A stretch of 64,000 bases of DNA from Rhodosorus marinus CCMP1338 (lineage: Eukaryota > Plantae > Rhodophyta). Location of the stretch: assembly GCA_029953675.1 (NCBI GenBank), contig JAMWBK010000001.1, positions 310,001-374,000 on the forward strand, in the 5' to 3' direction. Position numbers and translations under genes: made by a program. Positions within the stretch are counted from its first letter, which is position 1. Every line of letters begins with the position of its first letter. Below are positions 56,667 to 64,000 of the stretch, one piece after another. A model generated the notes under the pieces. It had not been told where the DNA came from. It was given only the letters and a program-made list of their open reading frames with translations, and ran no database searches.

Positions 56667-59600
56667 TCAAGACTCTGCAACAACAGCTCGTTCCGGTTCG
56701 GTTCTGTCCGGCTTCGGCGTGCTCGTCTTCGCTACTTGTTCAGCCTCAGCCTTGTCATTCCTGTAAGTTGTTTTAACCTGCTCGACACTTTCAGTCTGTT
56801 CATTCTCCACAGGCTCATCAACGTCCTCGACTTCCTCAGTTTTCACCGTTTTCTCCGCCTTCTCGGTCTTCCGTGGGGTACCCATGAGTCTATTCAATAA
56901 ATCTTCCTCAGATTCTATGGGCCTCTTCACCTTGTTCCCACCGGCAAGCATGGCCTTCATGTTAATGTCCTCCTCTCCAAGCAGCAGGGTCGCGACATCG
57001 CTCAATTCTGCATCCCTTGCCCTGGCCTCGACAGCGTCCATGGATCCACCGCGGATAACGAGGTCATGAATCCTGTCCTTCTGACGAGCTCGGGCGCGAA
57101 TCCTCTCCTCCACCGTACCTTGCGAAATGAGGCGGAAGACAGTAACGGGGCGTTCCTGGCCCAATCTATGGGCGCGATCCATTGCTTGTGCGTCCACGGT
57201 TGGATTCCAATCGCTGTCGTAAAAGACAACAGTATCAGCAGCAGTAAGATTGATTCCGACACCTCCAGCTCTTGTGCTGAGCAAGAAAATAAACAGCTCG
57301 TCGTTGGACTGCCAATCCGCCACCATATCTCGTCGATCTGCCAACGCACTCTGCCCGTCCAGTCTCAAAAACTTGTACGAAGAGACCGCACAATAGTCCT
57401 CCAAAATGTCCAGGACACGTGTGAACTGAGAATACACCAAACACTTGTGGCCTTCCGCTTTGAGCTTCCTCAACAGGGTGTCCAGGAGCTTCATCTTGCC
57501 TGAGTCTGCTACGAGACGCCCAGAATCGGGTAGCATAATGGGAGCCGAATCATAGTAGAGGCCATAGTCACCAAACAAGCTCCTCCACATCTCGTACCAC
57601 TCCTTTGTTGATACAGTGGACTGCTTCGCGTTTAGCTTCGGGTACAAGAATTTCCTCGTCTCCCGAAGATGTCTGTTTCTCGCTGTGCTCCCGAAAACGA
57701 ACGGCTCAATCGCAGGAGATGCAGATGGGGGTACGTACACCCGCGTCGTCCGCAGCAGCCGTGAGTGGATAGCACAAAGAGCTACAGGACTTTCTCTTCC
57801 GGGCAGCAATATAGAACGTGAGTTCACGAGGTTCTTAATAAACGGCTCCAAGAGCATTTCCGAACTTCTGCACTCCGAAAATGTGTCCCAGTGCCTGACC
57901 AACCGCTCAGTCTGGCTCCTAAGAATCCACCACCACGTCTTCATCCGGTCCCATTTGACCATGGTTCTATACAGCTCACTTCCGGAATACCCACAAAGCC
58001 TTGTGGCAGATTGAGAGCCATCGAAGACAGAGTCCCTAGTCCTTGTTGGGAGCCAGATACACAGCTTCTCAGACCAGAACGCATTCTCGTTCCGGAGACC
58101 TTCCTCAAGATCCTCCACCAGTCTTGGAAGCGCTTGCTGAATAGCGGATCGGGTTACCAAGGTAACGTTGTGAATGGGCCTAACCCCCGTGCTTAGAATC
58201 GTAGGCGGCAGCGGCAGATGAGGAGGCGGCCGCGGGCCCTGGAATTGATAAGGTGTTCCAGCATGACGTCGTTCAAACGTTTCCGGATGGTTGCAAACTT
58301 TTCTAAGCTGCATGACAATATTCATCAGCTGGCCACGATCCTCCGAATTCTTGTCTGCAGTACCGCCCATTGATCGGAGCAACTCCTCTACCGATATGTT
58401 CGACTTGATCGCGGAATACAGTACGCGCTGTCTGGGTGTTAGTTCGCATGGCAGTTCAACCTCCGTCTTCGGGGGCATCTCATTTTCCACGTCCCGTTTC
58501 ACTCTGCGAAGCATAAACGGATCCAGCAGAGTCCGCAATCGCTGAACGGTTTCACTATCCAGCAGAGAATTGTTTCTCGCATGGCCTTCTATGTCCTTAG
58601 CAAACCAGGCAGTAAATTCCTCGTGGGAGTCAAAAATAGAGGGCATGATGAAGTGAAGCAACGACCATAACTCAGCCATTTTGTTCTGCAGCGGGGTCCC
58701 AGTGAGCAGCAAGCGGTTCCGGCATGAAAAATTAAGGAGGGTCTTCCATCTTGAAGTCGTGCTGTTCTTAATAGCTTGTGCCTCATCAAGCACTAGATAC
58801 TGCCACTTCACCCTTGGGAAATGCCTTTCATCGGATGTCAGAGTCTCGTAGCTGGTAATGCAAACGTGGAACTCTGCATCCTTGTGATACATTCTCTTTG
58901 CACTCCAATGTTTCCGCAACTCCTGTCTGTCGTTCTTAGAACCCCAGTAAGGCAGTACTCGGAAGGACGGACAAAACTTCGTGATTTCCTGCTGCCAATT
59001 ATGCAAGGTAGCTTTCGGGGTGACAACCAGAAATGGTCCCCAGTTGTTCTCCTTTTCGGCAAGATACGCGAGGAAGGATATCGTTTGGATCGTTTTTCCT
59101 AGACCCATTTCATCAGCCAATATCCCGTTAATTCCCTGGTCGTACAAAGACACGAGCCACGAAAGCCCTCGAAGCTGATACTCCTTCATCTTTCCGATCA
59201 GTATAGACGGCTGCGTAACCGCTACCCTGCTCTTGTCTGAGTCCTTCTTTCTTTCCACATCAGAAGCGACGAGTCCGTTTGCTTCATTTCGAACCTTTCG
59301 CATCTGCTTATCGTAGACATCGAGCTTCTCGCGGTGGTCCTTGACCATCAGCAACGCCTCCGCCTCAGCTCGTCGTTGAATGTCCGCGTCCGTTTCTGTA
59401 CCATCAATGTCCTCAAAGCCCTTGCCATCCGCGGCAGCTGCAGTCGCCTTGGCTTTCTTCTGCAGGAAGCTTGAGAACGCCTCACTCTGTCCCAAGAGGA
59501 ACTTGAGCTTATTCTTCTGCCTCTGCGCCTCTCTTTCCTCCTCTTCTTTCTTTCTCTGGATTTCAATCTCGAGATTCACCCGCTTAATCTCCTCAGCCCT

Positions 59601-61162
59601 TTCCTTCTCCTCGCGCTTCCAGTAAGCCAGAACATCCTTCACAAGACGCCTGCTTCTGCGGATGGCGTCATCACCAGGTTTCATCAGCTTCACGGCACGC
59701 CTACGAACCTCTTTCGAACAGGCCAACGAGACAACTCGGCATTGTCGCGCATTTAGAGCCGATTGCGCAGTCATAGCTCTATACGCCTTGGGAACATCTG
59801 TCTTGACGATAGTGCGCCAAACAGGCTTGAGTTTCTTGTCAAACTCCTTCTTCGACACTTCCTTCTTTGGCTTTGCTTCGACTTTCTTCCCTTTTGTAGC
59901 CTTCTTTTCCTTCGCAGGTTTTGCTTCACTTCCCCCTTCAGGGGTAGGTTGTTTAGGCTTTGGCTTTTTCTTTGGGGCTTTGGGTTTCGTGGGAGCGGCT
60001 TTCACGCCGGCAGTTTTTGTCTGCTTTTTGCTGGTCGGCTTGGCCTTCTCCGGTTTCTCGAGCTTCTCCTTCTTCTCTGGCTTTTCGGCCTTGTCGGGCT
60101 TTGCTGCCTTTTCTTTCTTCTCAGCTTTCTCGGCTTTCTGAGCCTTGCCTTCTTTCGGCTTCGACGGATGAGCTTTCTTTACATCCTTCTTGGGCTCCTT
60201 CGGTTTAGATGGAGGTGGCGGTGTCTTCTTCACCTTAACGGGCTTCTTTTTGATTATAATAGTACCGATTTCACCGCCAACACTTCTCTCCCTCCTCGCC
60301 GACCGGAATTTTAGCTCCGCCTTTTCGGCTTCCCGCTCCATTGCCTTGCAGGATTCATCCTCATCGAACAATTTCGGGATCTCAAACAGCATTCCGCGAA
60401 TACGGACCTTGTCATCCACGTTTGGATCATCGTCCAGTACCCATGAGATTGGAAAAGTTTCTGCTGCGAATCGGGCATTAAACTCGGACCGGCGTAGGGC
60501 TCCTTCCTGAGACAACGGACTAGTCCACAACCCACTGATCGAAGACAGTTTCTGGGGTGGTGCTGGGGCTAAGTCAAACTCGTACGCCGCAGGTGGAGCC
60601 TTGGGGGCTTCCACTTCTTCGTCACTGTTGTCGTTCGAAGCCTCTGCCACTTCGCCAGCTTTCGTTTGGTTTGTCTGCGTAGGAGCATCCTGGGGTTCTT
60701 CCTTTCCCGAATTCAACGATGGATCCGAATCCTTCTTCTCTTTCGCTCGAGATTCTTCAGCATTTTCCTTTCCCACAGACTCCGGGGGCTTTTCAAGCCC
60801 GCTTGAGTTGGCTCCGCGCTTTGGCTCTTTTTTCCCATGGGCTTCAAACTTTGGCTTCTTAGATCTGCCTTTGCCGTACCGCTCCGCCTTCAAGTCTGTG
60901 GAATGTGCTTTCCTCTTTGCCTGGTCCGACTTTCCACGGTCCTTGCTATCCTTGGCCCCAACCTCCCGCTTCTCATCGGCGTCCTTCACTTCGTCTCCCT
61001 TGCGGCGTTTCGATCCAATGCCTTCATTAATGTGGTTTTGTACTTCCATCACTCCTCTGCCCAGGAGCCGGTTGCTTCCGTGCCCTCGCACGTCCTCGCC
61101 CAGCTCGCCGTGCGATACAGCTTGCAAACCTCAGGCCTTGATCAGCTTCTTTACCTGTACAT
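56667..61162 (-). CDS. INO80: INO80 chromatin-remodelling ATPase
   Basis: DBINO region (RRSRRLVKDVLAYWKREEKE...QRQKNKLKFLLGQSE), GILADEMGLGKT, LDEAQ, long split-ATPase insertion, QAMDRAHRLGQ. Start is either 61162 (via intron 61154-61057) or the internal ATG near 61049. Confidence 0.96.
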
Positions 61163-63100
61163 CCATCTAAAGTCCGACAAGCCTATCACACAACTCTTCC
61201 CTCACAAGAAGTAAATTCCCATCCGCTTCAGTGGGTTCCCCATCCCAACACAACAAAATCAAATCACTTTCACTTATCCCGCACTACAACCACCTCCCTC
61301 CCTTCCCGACCCACCCTCCCGCCCTCCAACAGAAGAATATTCATGAAGTCTCAACGCCACATTCTCACCAGGCACGCCCGCTTCCCAGACCAAATATAAC
61401 CAAAAAAATTTGTTCCATGGGCCAAAACCCCCTCAATAGGTAAAAAAGCAGATCACAAGCAACGCACCCCTTCCAACACCAAAAAAAAAAGGATTTCCCC
61501 AACGAAATTTTCGCACCACACTATTTCCCACCCGACTCCCACCTTACAATCCCATAAAATATTAATTAATTACACCAAACCCTCAATTACACAACCAAGA
61601 CACCCCCCCTCCTTTCACCTCACCCAATCCCCCCTTACCATCTAACACCAACAATACACGCATGCCAAAAACGGGCCTCCCATAAAGAAAATGCAATAAA
61701 AAAAGGAAAAAAACCACTCCAAAATTCAGCCCCGGTAAGTGAAGCCTCGAAATTTCCCTTCGGGCTCAATTCTATCCCTCCACACCACCCCCTATGCCAT
61801 AATGATCACCATCCCCAAAACTCGTCTTAAAAAGTTCTAAAATAAATAAAGTACGTAAGAAACAATCTCTCCTTAAACCCCCCCTTCACTATGTCGTCTT
61901 TTTCATGATGATATTTGTCCGAAATAAATTTCGGAAACGGACCGACGCCTTCTTCTTCGCCATTTTAGCAAAGCGCAATCCGAACACAATGCCCACATCA
62001 ACACAAAAGTCAATTTTCCCAAACTCCCACTCTTTTTACTTCTCCCCTCCCCCCCCTAAAAAAGTGAAAAAAGTGCCGGAGTGAATATATTATCATATCT
62101 ATAGACATTATAAAACTTTCCTCCGGAAGAGCCCTAATCACCCTCGATAGACGAACTAATTTTAAATTAGTGTAGTTTTGGACATAACATGGGCACTGCG
62201 ATCAGCAGATTATTATCTTATTTATACTAAGATTAAATTACTCGGTTTTTAGGTGGGAAAAAAAGATGTTTGCTTCGGTTAAGTTTTAAATATGTAGTAA
62301 ACAGATAAGAAAATATGTGGAGCTTGGTCTTTTTTGGAGGACGATGGTGAAGGTGCTTATGCATGTCATCAGGAAACAATGGAGGGCTTTGTCATGATCT
62401 CTTACCCCTCTCCGTTTGTTGGGACGTACAAGGAATATTTACCATATACATTAAAAAATTGAAGTAGGTTGTCCTTTGGATGCACTTTTTTTTGTACGGG
62501 TAAGTAGGACGTAAGTTATTGACGGATAGGCTATCTTGGTGAAGCGTTTTAGGTTGGCAGATGAGACGATGATGGAAAAAGGTAGGGCAGGGGGGGGTTC
62601 CAGGGGTTACGTTAGTCTGGAAGAAGTATCAGTGTGTGAATGGGAAATAAATACCGTTTTAGGTCTTCATTTTCTGAGCAATTTTTTTTGAGGGTGGCAT
62701 GGGATTTCGTGGATAGGATTCTGGTTTACACTTGCGCGGAAGGAAGTTGCATGTGGTGGTCGTAGTGAAGAGCAACAGCGATTTGAGCTGTTGGCTCTGG
62801 GCTGGTGAAGCCTTTGAGCGTTTCTCAGGTGGCGTTTTTGTTCTTTAGTAGCGCCGTCTTCCCGGATTTGGGGAGGGCGTGTTCGGTAGCGTCCTTGAAA
62901 AGATTTGTGTAGGTTTGTTGCTATCCATAACCAATATGCACCGGAGATGCCAATCTAATAAGTAAGGAGACACCCCGGTCCAACCTGGAGCGAGGCTGGG
63001 GACATCGTTTCAGAATGATTGTCTCAGTCCTATCTCCCGTTCCAGAGCGATGCTCTTCATTAGATCGCAAGCGACGGTTCAAAGTACGCTACCCGCATGA

Positions 63101-64000
63101 CTAGTTGGCCTTCTGTACATCATGGCATTTTGTGGTTGCAGGTCGTGCCAAAAGCACATATTCAGTAATTCTCCAGCTCGGTATCAGCCAGACACCGCTC
63201 CAATTCTCGGTGGAACGAAACCGTCGAAATGCAGTCCGGCTTATACTTCCTGGAGCTTGCTTAGTGAAACATAAACCATTGCTGAAGCAGAAATGAGTGT
63301 CCCCAGGATAGCCAGCCCAGTCGCTCCCTCGCGCCTAATACGATCTTCGAGAATGTCCATCAATGATATTGCAGGCCTGTACTTGTCGTTGAAACTCAGC
63401 AACTGCTTCAGGCACCTTCGTGACTCCTGCAGCATTTGAGGTGAGGAAAATATGATCTCAGCCATTAATTGGTACGGAATACATGAATTTGAGTTCTTAC
63501 ATAGAGGTTATCCAGTCGATAATAGCCAACCGCGCAGTAGTACAAGCAATCTGCCGGTCTGTAGTGATCGAAGCTAAGCCCTGAAAGGTATAAGAGTGAA
63601 GATTAGGCAGAGTCATATACAATCAAAAAGTTGTTCGTTGATCCTCTACCTCGAAGCAGAGCGACTCCTTTCTTTATATGGGCTCGGGACTGGGATTTTA
63701 CCAATGCCCAAGCGTAATTGAACTTTGCTCCTGGTGCAGGTCGGTTCTTCGCACATTCCTTCAGATAGTCCTCCTCGAAGGCCTGAAGGATAAAGTCAAA
63801 CATAGACGGTTGAGCTAAAAAACGCTATGCTAGGAGACATTTACTGTTCCTACCTGCAGGCTCTGATGTAAATGAAACACGTTTTTCGGAGCATCATCGG
63901 GTTCGTCTGCAGCCTCTGTCGGTGCTATCTTCGGGATCGGTGAACACATGAGCCCGCTGGCCCTCACAGAGTTCTCCAACATTAAGTCATAATCCAGCTG
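63101..64000 (-). CDS. FIS1: Mitochondrial fission protein Fis1 (5' end at or beyond the window edge)
   Basis: AKFNYAWALVKS...IKKGVALL|...DCLYYCAVGYYRL...|ESRRCLKQLL...LEDRIRREGATGLAILG plus tail anchor. The last exon is uncertain (stop at 63241 or 63101). Confidence 0.85.

Noticed and set aside
59662-61170. Long plus-strand ORFs (59662-60141, 59763-60314, 60601-61170) and similar ones opposite SF3B4, ArfGAP, PPR and SNRNP27
   Set aside because: Antisense shadows of GC-rich or low-complexity coding sequence.
1-64000. A co-located multi-gene novel pathway or defence cluster
   Set aside because: The intact genes are functionally unrelated housekeeping or regulatory genes in mixed orientation. 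There is no shared motif, paralog array or enzyme cluster.

Overview
Gene-dense eukaryotic nuclear DNA with short GT-AG introns (about 60-210 nt). It is most likely from a red alga. This is an inference from Phe-Val plastid transit-peptide starts (MAFVPG, MGFVSP, MDICFVS) and a cyanobacterial-type dapA. About 20 protein-coding genes can be supported: plastid Zn-ribbon membrane protein, A1 aspartic protease, multi-TM protein of unknown function, R2R3-Myb, prefoldin 2, MFS transporter, PPR protein, caprin-like protein, SF3B4, ArfGAP, a Cys-tailed microprotein, NAC-alpha, C2H2 zinc finger, NUMOD3 protein, an atypical ARF-like GTPase, dapA, SNRNP27, INO80 and FIS1. Most larger intergenic gaps contain heavily decayed LTR-retrotransposon relics (mainly Ty3/Gypsy, one Copia-like) and no intact element. 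I found no tRNA, rRNA or CRISPR array and no multi-gene cluster forming an obvious new pathway. The best leads are: (1) an ARF-like protein with three altered nucleotide-binding motifs; (2) a possible CTAG-enriched C-to-T mutation signature confined to the TE relics, which could reflect repeat-targeted methylation or RIP-like decay; (3) a 64-aa acidic microprotein ending GGGCCCS; (4) a His/Asp tract in NAC-alpha; (5) a membrane protein with possible metal-ligand motifs. All family calls come from motif recognition by eye, with no database searches, and exon boundaries are manual predictions.
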